A DNA stretch of 60,740 nucleotides from Omnitrophica bacterium GWA2_41_15 (GTDB lineage Bacteria; Omnitrophota; Gorgyraeia; Gygaellales; Profunditerraquicolaceae). The notes below the pieces were generated by a model. That model did not search any database. It saw only the letters and a list, made by a program, of their open reading frames with translations, and was not told the DNA's origin. Location: NCBI GenBank assembly GCA_919902045.1, contig CAKKSP010000041.1, positions 1 to 60,740 of the forward strand. The letters are read 5' to 3'. A program made the position numbers and the translations under genes. This document shows, one piece after another, positions 20,453 through 29,381 of the stretch; position 1 is the first letter of the stretch, and every line of letters begins with the position of its first letter.

Positions 20453-21700
20453 ATGATTAATAAGATAGCAAAAGAAGAGATAAAAAAAGGTACTGTGGTG
20501 GTGCTTTGTAACCGTAAGCATAAACTTAAGAAGCCTTGTGCTGTAGGTAGCGGCCTAAGGACTAAAGTTAATGCCAATATCGGTACTTCAGCAGAAAAAA
20601 TAAGTATTAAAGATGAGCTTAAAAAATTGGATGCTGCCCAAAAAGCCGGAGCAGACGCGGTAATGGATTTAAGTACCGGGGGAGATATAGTCAAGGTGCG
20701 GCAGGAGATTATAAGCCATTCCACTGTTCCTGTAGGGACCGTGCCAATATATGAGATAGCAATTAATGCTAAAAAAAGAAGTAGAAATAAGGATTTCCTT
20801 TCTTTTACTGCTGAAGATATCTTTGAGGTTCTGGAGCGGCAGGCCAGAGAAGGGGTTGATTTTTTTACCATTCATGCCGGAGTTACCCGAAAGAGTATTT
20901 TGGCGTTAAAAAAGCATCCGCGGTTGATGGGGATAGTCTCGCGCGGAGGGGCAATTTTAGCGAGTTGGATGTTGCGCAATAAGAAAGAGAATCCATTTTA
21001 CGAGTATTTCGATAAAGTTTTGCATATTGCCAAAGATTATGATATAACTATAAGCTTGGGAGATGGTTTAAGGCCTGGCGCAATTGCAGATTCTACGGAT
21101 AAACCACAGCTCACGGAGTTAAAGATCCTTGGAGAGCTTGTAGATCAGGCGCGTAAAGCAGGTGTCCAGGTGATGGTTGAAGGGCCTGGGCATATTCCGC
21201 TTCCTCAGATTGAAAAAAACATTGCTCTTGAGAAAAAATGGTGTAAGGGCGCGCCTTTTTATGTGCTTGGGCCGCTGGTAACGGATATTGCCTCTGGTTA
21301 TGACCATATCAGTTGCGCAATCGGTGGAGCATTGGCAGCCTGGAAAGGGGCAGATTTCTTATGCTATGTTACAGCTTCTGAACATCTGCGGCTTCCTGAT
21401 TATAAAGATGTCTACGAAGGGGTAATTGCTTGCCGGATTGCTGCTCATGCCGCGGATATTGCTAAAAATGTACCCGGGGCAAGGCAGTGGGATAATAAAA
21501 TGTCGCATGCCAGGCGATTGCGTGATTGGAAAACTCAAATAAGCTTAAGCATAGATCCGGAAAAAGCAGCCCGGTATCATGGGCTTAAACACGCAAAAGC
21601 AGGAGATATCTGTACGATGTGCGGGGAGTTCTGTTCTATAAAAATCAACGAAGAATGTTTTGCAGGTAGCCAACAGGCAGTTCCTGCAATGCGGGTGTAA
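20453..21700 (+). CDS. thiC: Phosphomethylpyrimidine synthase
   Basis: TKVNANIGTS, MDLSTGG, LGDGLRPG, EGPGH, CTMCGEFC. Confidence 0.96.
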   Translation: MINKIAKEEIKKGTVVVLCNRKHKLKKPCAVGSGLRTKVNANIGTSAEKISIKDELKKLDAAQKAGADAVMDLSTGGDIVKVRQEIISHSTVPVGTVPIYEIAINAKKRSRNKDFLSFTAEDIFEVLERQAREGVDFFTIHAGVTRKSILALKKHPRLMGIVSRGGAILASWMLRNKKENPFYEYFDKVLHIAKDYDITISLGDGLRPGAIADSTDKPQLTELKILGELVDQARKAGVQVMVEGPGHIPLPQIEKNIALEKKWCKGAPFYVLGPLVTDIASGYDHISCAIGGALAAWKGADFLCYVTASEHLRLPDYKDVYEGVIACRIAAHAADIAKNVPGARQWDNKMSHARRLRDWKTQISLSIDPEKAARYHGLKHAKAGDICTMCGEFCSIKINEECFAGSQQAVPAMRV

Positions 21701-21795
21701 TTTTCCGCCGTATAATTAAATACAAGGCGGAATCCCGACGCAGGAAAAAAGAAGAGGCGACGGGACAATGGTAGAATGGCAGCCTTTTGTGTTCT

Positions 21796-21866
21796 GCGAG
21801 AGTAGTTCAGTGGCAGAACACCAGCTTCCCAAGCTGGATATGGGGGTTCGATTCCCCTCTCTCGCT
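21796..21866 (+). tRNA. tRNA-Gly (anticodon CCC), CCA not encoded
   Basis: Acceptor GCGAGAG/CTCTCGC, D-arm GTTC-AGTGGCA-GAAC, anticodon arm CCAGC-TTCCCAA-GCTGG, T-arm GGGGG-TTCGATT-CCCCT. Confidence 0.93.
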
Positions 21867-22508
21867 TTAGCTATTTGTTTATTTATTTTAGCGGGTTGCG
21901 CGACAGTACCCAAAACAGCGTCATTACCTAAACCGCCTAGCGGTTTGAATGGTTTTTATCATAGAGTAGAAAAGGGCCAGACCCTTTGGGGAATATCTAA
22001 ACAATATAATATTGATTTAGATCAGTTAGTAGAGATAAATCGTATTACTGATAAGACTGCGCTTGAAGTAGGGCAGATGGTTTTTATATCATCTGTATTG
22101 CAGGAAGAAGTTAAGAAAATTAATCTAAACCTTATAAAGGCAGAAGATAATTTTATTTGGCCGTTAAAGGGGAGGCAATTAGGTAATTTTGGAGAAGTAA
22201 TTAACGGCCGGGTTAATAAAGGGATCAATATTGTTTCATCCGGAGCAAACACAATTGTATTTGCTGCAAGAAGCGGAAAAGTAGTTTTTTGCGCTCCAAG
22301 TTTTAAGAGTTACGGTTCTACGGTAATAATTGATCATGGCGATGGTTTTTTGACTGTTTATGCGTTTAAAGCGGAATTGCTTGTTAAAGCAGGAGACTCT
22401 GTTTTGCAGGGTGCTTCTATTGCAAGGTTAGCGGGTCAAAGACAACTATATTTTGAACTCCGTAAAGGGCATATTCCGCAGAATCCAACTTTTTTTCTGC
22501 CGCGGTAA
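21840..22508 (+). CDS. LysM + M23 peptidase-like lipoprotein (NlpD-like); start codon inside the tRNA gene
   Basis: Signal MGVRFPSLALAICLFILAG-C, LysM HRVEKGQTLWGISKQY, FIWPLKG, NKGINI, YFELR. Confidence 0.85.
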   Translation: MGVRFPSLALAICLFILAGCATVPKTASLPKPPSGLNGFYHRVEKGQTLWGISKQYNIDLDQLVEINRITDKTALEVGQMVFISSVLQEEVKKINLNLIKAEDNFIWPLKGRQLGNFGEVINGRVNKGINIVSSGANTIVFAARSGKVVFCAPSFKSYGSTVIIDHGDGFLTVYAFKAELLVKAGDSVLQGASIARLAGQRQLYFELRKGHIPQNPTFFLPR

Positions 22509-22513
22509 ACATT

Positions 22514-24106
22514 ATGGTAAAAGAGATATTCTTAGGCCGAAGCCTTCAGCGCGAGCTTATTGAAAAACGAATTATTGATTTAAAAAACGGTTATCGTCAG
22601 AATATCGCGATTATCGGCGATGAGCTGGTTGGTAAAACTTCGCTTATTTTTAATTTTATCCGCAACTTCTCCGATCCTCATATTTTACCCCTCTATCTTG
22701 AAGTTAGGCCCGAGCCGTTTAAAGATTTTAAGCGCCGCTTTATGGGCGTGCTTTTATATGCATTCTTAGATAACAGCAGTATAAGCCTCCAGGAAAATCT
22801 TGATTTTCTTATTGAAAAATCCCGTAATTTTATACCTAAAACCGCCGATAAAATAACCGACTTATTAAGAAATCCTGTTAGTAAGAAGAAAGCGGATAAT
22901 TTTTTTGAGCTGCTTGAAGTCTGCGACCTGATTTATCAGGAAAGTGGAAAGCGCTGTGTTGTCATCTGGGATGAATTCCACAATCTTGAATATATGGGTA
23001 TTAAAACTTTATACGCCGAATGGTCAAAGGCCCTTATTACCCATAAAAATACGATGTTTATCATCACCAGTTCCCTGCCATCTAAAGCAAAAAAGATTCT
23101 TGCGCATAACCTGTCGCTTTTATTCGGGAATTTTCAGTCGATCAGCTTAGAACCTTTTGATGTGCATACCAGCGAGGTGTATTTAGATATTAAATTTGAA
23201 GGTAATCATTTAGATAAGGGCCTGCGGAACTTTTTAGTACATTTTAGCGGAGGTTATCCATTTTATCTTAATCTGTTAAGCGAAGGGATGTTAAAGCATG
23301 AAAAAATGCCGCTTACGCAGGTACTTGTTGAGTTGTTGTTTAGTTCAACGGGAATTTTAAATCAGCGTTTTAATAATTATTTAAAACGTTTGGTTTCTTT
23401 GCCAAATAGCCAGGATTATTTGTCGCTCTTGTACTCTATTGCCAGCGGCCATAATCGCCTTAAAGATATTATGCACATAAGCCATAAAACCGCAAAAGAG
23501 ATAAACGTCCGGCTTAATTATTTATTGGAACTGGATGTAGTTACAAGAAGCGGTGATTTTTTTAAGATTAACGACCGTCTTTTTGGTTTTTGGCTAAAGT
23601 TTGTTTATCAAAAAAAGGCAAATGCCCTGACCTTTGATGCTAAAAATCAAAAACAGCATTTTACGTCTTATCTCGATGTTGTGATTAAAGAATTTATAGT
23701 GTCTTCTGCTAAGCCGATACCCGAGAGAATGATTGAACTTTTAAGGCTTTTTGAAGACGATATAATTCAAGTTGAAGAAAAGAAATTCAGGCTAAACCAT
23801 TTTAGGGAATTAAAACAGCTTGAGTTTAATAGCCGGGGATTAGGGGAAGGTGTGTTAGGCCGTTCCGAAGATAGCGTCTGGATCATGGCTTTTAAAAATA
23901 AGAAATTAACAGAAGAAGATGTTACAGAGTTTGCTAGGGAATGCAAAAAATACCGTAATAAACTTCAGCAGAAAATCATTATTTCTCTTGATGAGATAGA
24001 TATTAATGCCAGGTTGCGGGCTTTAGATGAAAAAATTTTAACTTGGGGATTAAGCCAGGTAAATGAACTAATGGATTTATACGCAAAGCCAAGGATAGTT
24101 ACATGA
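22514..24106 (+). CDS. Archaeal-ATPase-like P-loop protein with winged helix and C-terminal alpha/beta domain
   Basis: FLGR..., Walker A GDELVGKT, Walker B VIWDEFH, SGGYPFYL, DRLFGFW. Confidence 0.75.
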   Translation: MVKEIFLGRSLQRELIEKRIIDLKNGYRQNIAIIGDELVGKTSLIFNFIRNFSDPHILPLYLEVRPEPFKDFKRRFMGVLLYAFLDNSSISLQENLDFLIEKSRNFIPKTADKITDLLRNPVSKKKADNFFELLEVCDLIYQESGKRCVVIWDEFHNLEYMGIKTLYAEWSKALITHKNTMFIITSSLPSKAKKILAHNLSLLFGNFQSISLEPFDVHTSEVYLDIKFEGNHLDKGLRNFLVHFSGGYPFYLNLLSEGMLKHEKMPLTQVLVELLFSSTGILNQRFNNYLKRLVSLPNSQDYLSLLYSIASGHNRLKDIMHISHKTAKEINVRLNYLLELDVVTRSGDFFKINDRLFGFWLKFVYQKKANALTFDAKNQKQHFTSYLDVVIKEFIVSSAKPIPERMIELLRLFEDDIIQVEEKKFRLNHFRELKQLEFNSRGLGEGVLGRSEDSVWIMAFKNKKLTEEDVTEFARECKKYRNKLQQKIIISLDEIDINARLRALDEKILTWGLSQVNELMDLYAKPRIVT

Positions 24107-24591
24107 AAATCGGGGTAATATCTGATACGCATATTCCGGAACGCGCTGCAGGGATCCCGGATGAAATTTTATATGCCTTTAAAAAAGTTGATATGATCAT
24201 TCATGCAGGAGATTTGGTTGAGGTAGGCGTGCTTGATCAGCTTAAAGCGGTATGTCCTAATTTAAAGGCTGTCTGCGGCAATATGGATCCCGAGGATATA
24301 CGTAAGATCTTACCGGAAAAAGAAATTATAAAAGTCGGCAAATTCCGTATCGGCGTAATGCACGGCCAGGGGCATCCGGATAGGTTAATTCTTGCGGCAG
24401 AAAAATTATTTAAACAAGATAAAGTAGATATGGTTATTTTTGGGCATTCGCATTTGCCGGTCAATGAAGAAAGAAACGGGGTAATTTATTTTAATCCCGG
24501 CAGCCCAACAGATACGATTTTTGCTCCGTATAAATCGTACGGAATTATTGAGATTAATGATAAGATTGAAGCTAAGATTGTAAAGTTATGA
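24103..24591 (+). CDS. YfcE/MJ0936 metallophosphoesterase
   Basis: SDTH, HAGD, GNMD, FGHSH, NPGS. Confidence 0.93.
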   Translation: MKIGVISDTHIPERAAGIPDEILYAFKKVDMIIHAGDLVEVGVLDQLKAVCPNLKAVCGNMDPEDIRKILPEKEIIKVGKFRIGVMHGQGHPDRLILAAEKLFKQDKVDMVIFGHSHLPVNEERNGVIYFNPGSPTDTIFAPYKSYGIIEINDKIEAKIVKL

Positions 24592-25076
24592 ACCAGCTTT
24601 GGGCGCCCTGGAGGACAAAATATATCCAAGCTAAAACTAAACCGAAAGGATGTATTTTTTGCATTGCCGCGTGTAATAAAAAATCCAGTGATTCGTTAAT
24701 TTTTACAACCGCGCATTCACTTGTTATATTGAATAAGTTCCCTTATAATAATGGCCATCTGATGGTTTCGCCACTTCGCCATACAAGCGATATCGCTAGT
24801 TTAACTCAAGAAGAAATTACGGATCTTTGGAAAGCATTAAAATCAGCCAAAAGGATTCTAGATAAACTATTAAAACCGCAGGGTTATAATATCGGGATTA
24901 ATTTAGGAGATGTTGCAGGCGCCGGGATAACAGGGCATCTGCATATTCATATTGTGCCGCGATGGAAAGGCGATACAAATTTTATGCCGGTTTTAGCGGC
25001 AAATAAAGTGATTTCGCAATCACTTGAAGATTTAAAGAAAAAATTAAGATATGCTTACGCAAAATCAAATTCATAA
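24588..25076 (+). CDS. HIT family hydrolase (Fhit/Ap4A type)
   Basis: LWAPWR, CIFC, PYNNGH, HLHIHIVPRW. Confidence 0.93.
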   Translation: MNQLWAPWRTKYIQAKTKPKGCIFCIAACNKKSSDSLIFTTAHSLVILNKFPYNNGHLMVSPLRHTSDIASLTQEEITDLWKALKSAKRILDKLLKPQGYNIGINLGDVAGAGITGHLHIHIVPRWKGDTNFMPVLAANKVISQSLEDLKKKLRYAYAKSNS

Positions 25077-26205
25077 ATTTGAGGAAAAATTTCTGGCTTC
25101 GTATGCAATGAAAAGCCAGGATACCGCAGGCAGGGCTCATAAAGAAGAAGAGCATCCGTATCGATCGGTGTATCAGCGCGACCGTGACCGGATAATCCAT
25201 AGTGCGGCATTTAGAAGGCTTGAATATAAGACCCAGGTTTTTGTAAATCACGAGGGAGATTATTACCGCACCCGGCTTACGCATACTCTCGAAGTTGCGC
25301 AAATTGCGCGTACTGTCGCAGCCGCCCTACGTTTAAATATTGATTTAACAGAGGCAGTATCTTTGGCGCATGACCTTGGCCATACGCCTTTTGGCCATGC
25401 CGGAGAAGATGCGCTTGATGAATTAATGCGCTCTGAAGGAGGGTTTAACCATAATCTCCAGGGATTAAGGGTGGTAGATTTGCTTGAAGAGCGATACCCG
25501 AACTTTCCGGGTTTAAATTTGAGTTGGGAGGTGCGGGAGGGGATAGTCAAACATTCTTCTGAGTTTGACCAGGCAGTAGTTCTTAAAAGTTTTAAGCCCG
25601 ATCAGATGCCGACGCTTGAGACCCAGCTTGTGGATATTGCCGATGAAATTGCTTATGATAATCATGACTTAGATGACGGTATCACATCCGGGTTATTAAA
25701 AGAAGAAGACTTGGCGCGGCTTCCTATCTGGGAAAAGTTGATTAAAAGGCTCAAAGCCAATTATTCATCTCTTGACCAGGAGAGAAAAAAATACCTGATT
25801 ATCCGCTCTTTGATCGATATGCAAGTTACGGATCTAATACAACACACGGAAAAAATTATCAGTTCTGCCAAGATAGATTCATCACTTAAGGTGCGTAAAC
25901 TAGGAAAAAAAATTATAAGTTTTAGTGAAGAAATGAAGGCATTGCGCCTGCCTCTAAGAGAATATCTTAAAGAAAAGCTTTACCGGCATTATCGCGTAGT
26001 CAGGATGAGCTATAAAGCCAAGAGGTTTATCAAAGAGCTTTTTGAAGTATATATAAAAATACCCAATGCGCTTCCGGCGCATGTGCAAAAGCGCATTCCA
26101 CAGGATGGAGTACGCCGGGCAGTATGTGATTATATTGCCGGAATGACAGATAGGTACGCCTTAGATGAATACAAAAAGTTATTTGACCCCTACGAAAAAG
26201 TATAA
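25051..26205 (+). CDS. dgt: Deoxyguanosinetriphosphate triphosphohydrolase
   Basis: RDRDRIIHS, RTRLTHTLEV, HDLGHTPFGH, DYIAGMTD. Confidence 0.95.
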   Translation: MLTQNQIHKFEEKFLASYAMKSQDTAGRAHKEEEHPYRSVYQRDRDRIIHSAAFRRLEYKTQVFVNHEGDYYRTRLTHTLEVAQIARTVAAALRLNIDLTEAVSLAHDLGHTPFGHAGEDALDELMRSEGGFNHNLQGLRVVDLLEERYPNFPGLNLSWEVREGIVKHSSEFDQAVVLKSFKPDQMPTLETQLVDIADEIAYDNHDLDDGITSGLLKEEDLARLPIWEKLIKRLKANYSSLDQERKKYLIIRSLIDMQVTDLIQHTEKIISSAKIDSSLKVRKLGKKIISFSEEMKALRLPLREYLKEKLYRHYRVVRMSYKAKRFIKELFEVYIKIPNALPAHVQKRIPQDGVRRAVCDYIAGMTDRYALDEYKKLFDPYEKV

Positions 26206-27229
26206 AACGCTAGTTTCTGCGATACATAGTGTATATCGCCTGGTGAGCTCTACTTTTGAGTTGAAAGATTTAATTTCGCGTTTAAGCAGGCTGATGAATC
26301 AGGTCTTTGATGCGCAGTATTGCCAGATTATCCTGCTTGATCCCAGTAAAAAATATTCGATATTACGTTGCGTAACAAGCTCCCGTAAAAAATATCTCTC
26401 CGATAAAAAATTGAAATTACAAGGCAACCTTGAAAAAAGGATCGTGCAGAGGATTTCCGCGACGCGCAAAGATTATCTTATCGGAGTGCCGCTTGTTTGC
26501 GAAGATATTATTGGTTTAATTATATTAAAACGATTATCCGGTAAATTACCTTTTGACCGTTTTGACCAGGAGATAATAATGACCATGGTTGAACAGGTGA
26601 TTATCGGGATTAAAAATTTACAGCTTTATGAAGAACAAGGGCGCATTGTTTTAGGCAGCATTAAGTCGTTAGTCAAACTTCTTGATACTCGCGTTCCTCA
26701 GGAATATACACATTCTCCGTATTTTAGCCGTCTTGTAGTAAGTATCGCCCAGCAGATGCGGTTAGACGAAAAACAGGTTGAAAGTATTAAATACGCAAGC
26801 CTGCTTCATGATGCCGGAAAAATTGATATACCTATGGAGATTCTTACTAAGACTACGAAGCTTACGGCAAAGGAGTATACGATCATTAAGCGGCATCCTT
26901 TAAAAAGTGCGCAGATCTTGCAGCCCTTACTGATCCTTAAACCGGCAATTCCGATTATTATGTATCATCATGAAAAATACGACGGAACCGGCTATCCTTC
27001 AAGATTAAAGAAACGCCAGATTCCTCTCGGTGCCAGGATAATGGCAGTAGCCGATGCTTTTGAAGCCATGGTTTATGGCAGGCCATACCGAGAGCGCAAA
27101 GATATAGCTTCCGCAGTAAAAGAAATTCGTAAGAAAAGCGGCAGCCAATTTGATCCTAAGGTTGTAGAAGCCTTCCTTAAAATTTCCAAAAAGATCAATG
27201 CAAAAAATTACTTGAAAGTTTCAGAATAA
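26165..27229 (+). CDS. GAF + HD-GYP c-di-GMP phosphodiesterase-like protein
   Basis: LHDAGK, HHEKYDGTGYP, AVADAFEAM, QFDP. Confidence 0.88.
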   Translation: MNTKSYLTPTKKYKTLVSAIHSVYRLVSSTFELKDLISRLSRLMNQVFDAQYCQIILLDPSKKYSILRCVTSSRKKYLSDKKLKLQGNLEKRIVQRISATRKDYLIGVPLVCEDIIGLIILKRLSGKLPFDRFDQEIIMTMVEQVIIGIKNLQLYEEQGRIVLGSIKSLVKLLDTRVPQEYTHSPYFSRLVVSIAQQMRLDEKQVESIKYASLLHDAGKIDIPMEILTKTTKLTAKEYTIIKRHPLKSAQILQPLLILKPAIPIIMYHHEKYDGTGYPSRLKKRQIPLGARIMAVADAFEAMVYGRPYRERKDIASAVKEIRKKSGSQFDPKVVEAFLKISKKINAKNYLKVSE

Positions 27230-27241
27230 GAGATATTATAG

Positions 27242-27661
27242 ATGGAAAAAGATAATTACGGGCAATTAGAACTTTTTACAGCCGACGGAGTAGCGGCTCA
27301 GGCTCCGGAGCGTTTTTCTAAGGTAGTTTTAAAGCGGATAAAGGCTTTTGAGAAAGCCATAATTCTAGTTTTGCTTTTAGGGATAACCGGTATTATTTGT
27401 TATGCGTTTGGTTTTGATAAAGGTAAAAGCTCAAACCAAGTTTCTTCAAAATTTTTGATTCAAGTTGCTGCTTATAGTGTGAAGGCTAACGCCGAAGAAG
27501 AAGCCAGATTTTTAAATAAATATGGTTATCAAACGGCAATGTTAAAACAAAAAGGTAAAACTATACTCTTAGTGGTTGGTTTCTCAAGCGAAGAAAAAGC
27601 GCGCGTAGCGCTTACTCGGTTACAGAAACGCTACAAAGGGTGCATTTTGAGGAGGTTGTAA
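27242..27661 (+). CDS. Membrane-anchored SPOR-domain protein
   Basis: One TM then FLIQVAAY...NAEEEA...GFSSEEKA. Confidence 0.75.
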   Translation: MEKDNYGQLELFTADGVAAQAPERFSKVVLKRIKAFEKAIILVLLLGITGIICYAFGFDKGKSSNQVSSKFLIQVAAYSVKANAEEEARFLNKYGYQTAMLKQKGKTILLVVGFSSEEKARVALTRLQKRYKGCILRRL

Positions 27662-27666
27662 AAGAT

Positions 27667-27957
27667 ATGTCTATTCATCCATCGTTAAGTTCTTCGGATA
27701 GTAATAAAAAGCAGCGTTCGGTTATGAAGCGTAATGAACGTTTACGTATGATGCTTGACAAAAACCAGTGGAAAGATGGAGATTCGGTTTTTGGTTTGCC
27801 TAAAATAAAAACAGTGCGGATTAGGATTAAGAAAGAAAAGACTGCCGAGAAACCAGCTGAAGGCGCTGCTGCTGAAGGCGCTGCTCCAGCTGCTGCTCCT
27901 GCTGCAAAGGCTGCTGCTGCGAAAGCACCGGCGGGGAAGGCTGCTGCGAAGAAATAG
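27667..27957 (+). CDS. PVC-superphylum signature small basic protein with Ala/Lys-rich tail
   Basis: MSIHPSL...RSVMKRNERL...W..GDSVFGLPK pattern; start at ATG 27667. Confidence 0.88.
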   Translation: MSIHPSLSSSDSNKKQRSVMKRNERLRMMLDKNQWKDGDSVFGLPKIKTVRIRIKKEKTAEKPAEGAAAEGAAPAAAPAAKAAAAKAPAGKAAAKK

Positions 27958-27961
27958 TCGA

Positions 27962-28777
27962 ATGAAAAAAATAATATTAGTAATAGGGATAATTATACTG
28001 ATAGCAGCTTCAAGAGTTTTTGCTGAAGATATACCGACTCTTTATGAAGCGAAGGTTTTATCTGATGATATTAATGTGCGCGCAGATTCTACTGTTACTG
28101 CTGATAAAATAACTACACTTCCCAAGGGAGAGGTTGTTGAGGTAGTAGTTGAAAAGTATGATTGGTGCCGCATACGCCTGCCTAAAGAGGCTCCTGCTTA
28201 TATACGTAAAGATCTGGTAGAGATTATTGATGACCAGACTGCAAAAGTAGTAAAAGATGTAATTAATGTCCGCCTAAGTTCTGATGAAAGTTCGATAATC
28301 TTAGGAAAAGCCGGGCGTGATGAGGTAGTAATTATTCTTAGTGAGAAACAGGGTTGGTATGCGATTGAACCAACAGCTAACAGTTTTGGCTGGGTTAATA
28401 AGAAGTTTATTGAACGTATTGCGGTCCGCGAAGCTTCTGCGGTTGTAGAAAAAGATAAAAAAGTTGAGCCTAAGAAAAAAGAAAAAAGAAAACCCGTAAA
28501 AACGATAGAAAATAAAACCACTGAAGAAGAGATTATTCTCCCCGCAAAAGAAGAAGTTATAATTGAAGGCATAATTCAGTCTTATGGAAGAGTTTTTAAG
28601 CGTGTTGCTACTCATAAACTGCTCACCTTAGATGAAAAAACCTACCTATTAAAAGGAAATAAGAAAAGCTTAGATGACCTTGTCTATCGCCATGTAAAAA
28701 TAAGCGGCACCATTATTAGCGCTCCCGATCAAAAACTCCCCATTATTGAAGTTTCTAAAATCGAGGCGCTGGATTGA
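27962..28777 (+). CDS. Secreted tandem SH3b-domain protein
   Basis: Signal peptide; two INVR...W repeats. Confidence 0.8.
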   Translation: MKKIILVIGIIILIAASRVFAEDIPTLYEAKVLSDDINVRADSTVTADKITTLPKGEVVEVVVEKYDWCRIRLPKEAPAYIRKDLVEIIDDQTAKVVKDVINVRLSSDESSIILGKAGRDEVVIILSEKQGWYAIEPTANSFGWVNKKFIERIAVREASAVVEKDKKVEPKKKEKRKPVKTIENKTTEEEIILPAKEEVIIEGIIQSYGRVFKRVATHKLLTLDEKTYLLKGNKKSLDDLVYRHVKISGTIISAPDQKLPIIEVSKIEALD

Positions 28778-29379
28778 GCGCAATCGTTAATCTTTTAATT
28801 AATTTAGGAATTTTAGCAATATGTATGGCATTGCATGAGTTTGCTCATGGCTGGACTGCAAACCGCCTGGGTGATGATACTGCAAAAAGGATGGGCAGGC
28901 TCACACTTAACCCTTTGGCGCATATTGATCCTATTGGTACAGTAGCATTGCCGATTATTCTTTATTTTTTGACTTCCGGGCGGTTTGTTTTTGGCGCGGC
29001 AAAACCAGTGCCGATTAATTTCCTTGCTTTAAAAAATCCTCGTAGGGATATAATGTTGGTCGGCTTTAGCGGGCCGCTTGCTAATATTTTATCTGCAGTA
29101 TTAGCCGCTGTTTTATTCCATATTACAAAAGCTCCGGTACTGATTATATTCATAGGAATAAGCCTGTCTTTAGGGATTTTTAATCTTATCCCGCTTCCTC
29201 CGCTTGATGGATCGCGTATTGTAGCGGGAATTCTTCCTCCGCAGCTTGCCAGTAAGTATATGCGTATTGAACCTTTTGGTTTTATTATTCTTTTAATTCT
29301 TCTGCAGTTTGGGCCGGTGAACCGGGTTATCTGGTCGGTAGCTGATGCGGCGTTTAAACTTTTGGTCAGCCCATTTTAA
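28774..29379 (+). CDS. Site-2 protease (M50)
   Basis: HEFAHG, GPLAN, FNLIPLPPLDG. Confidence 0.93.
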   Translation: MSAIVNLLINLGILAICMALHEFAHGWTANRLGDDTAKRMGRLTLNPLAHIDPIGTVALPIILYFLTSGRFVFGAAKPVPINFLALKNPRRDIMLVGFSGPLANILSAVLAAVLFHITKAPVLIIFIGISLSLGIFNLIPLPPLDGSRIVAGILPPQLASKYMRIEPFGFIILLILLQFGPVNRVIWSVADAAFKLLVSPF

Positions 29380-29381
29380 AT

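Noticed and set aside
19400-20453. TPP riboswitch for the thi genes
   Set aside because: The genes overlap with no leader, and no TPP aptamer core was recognised
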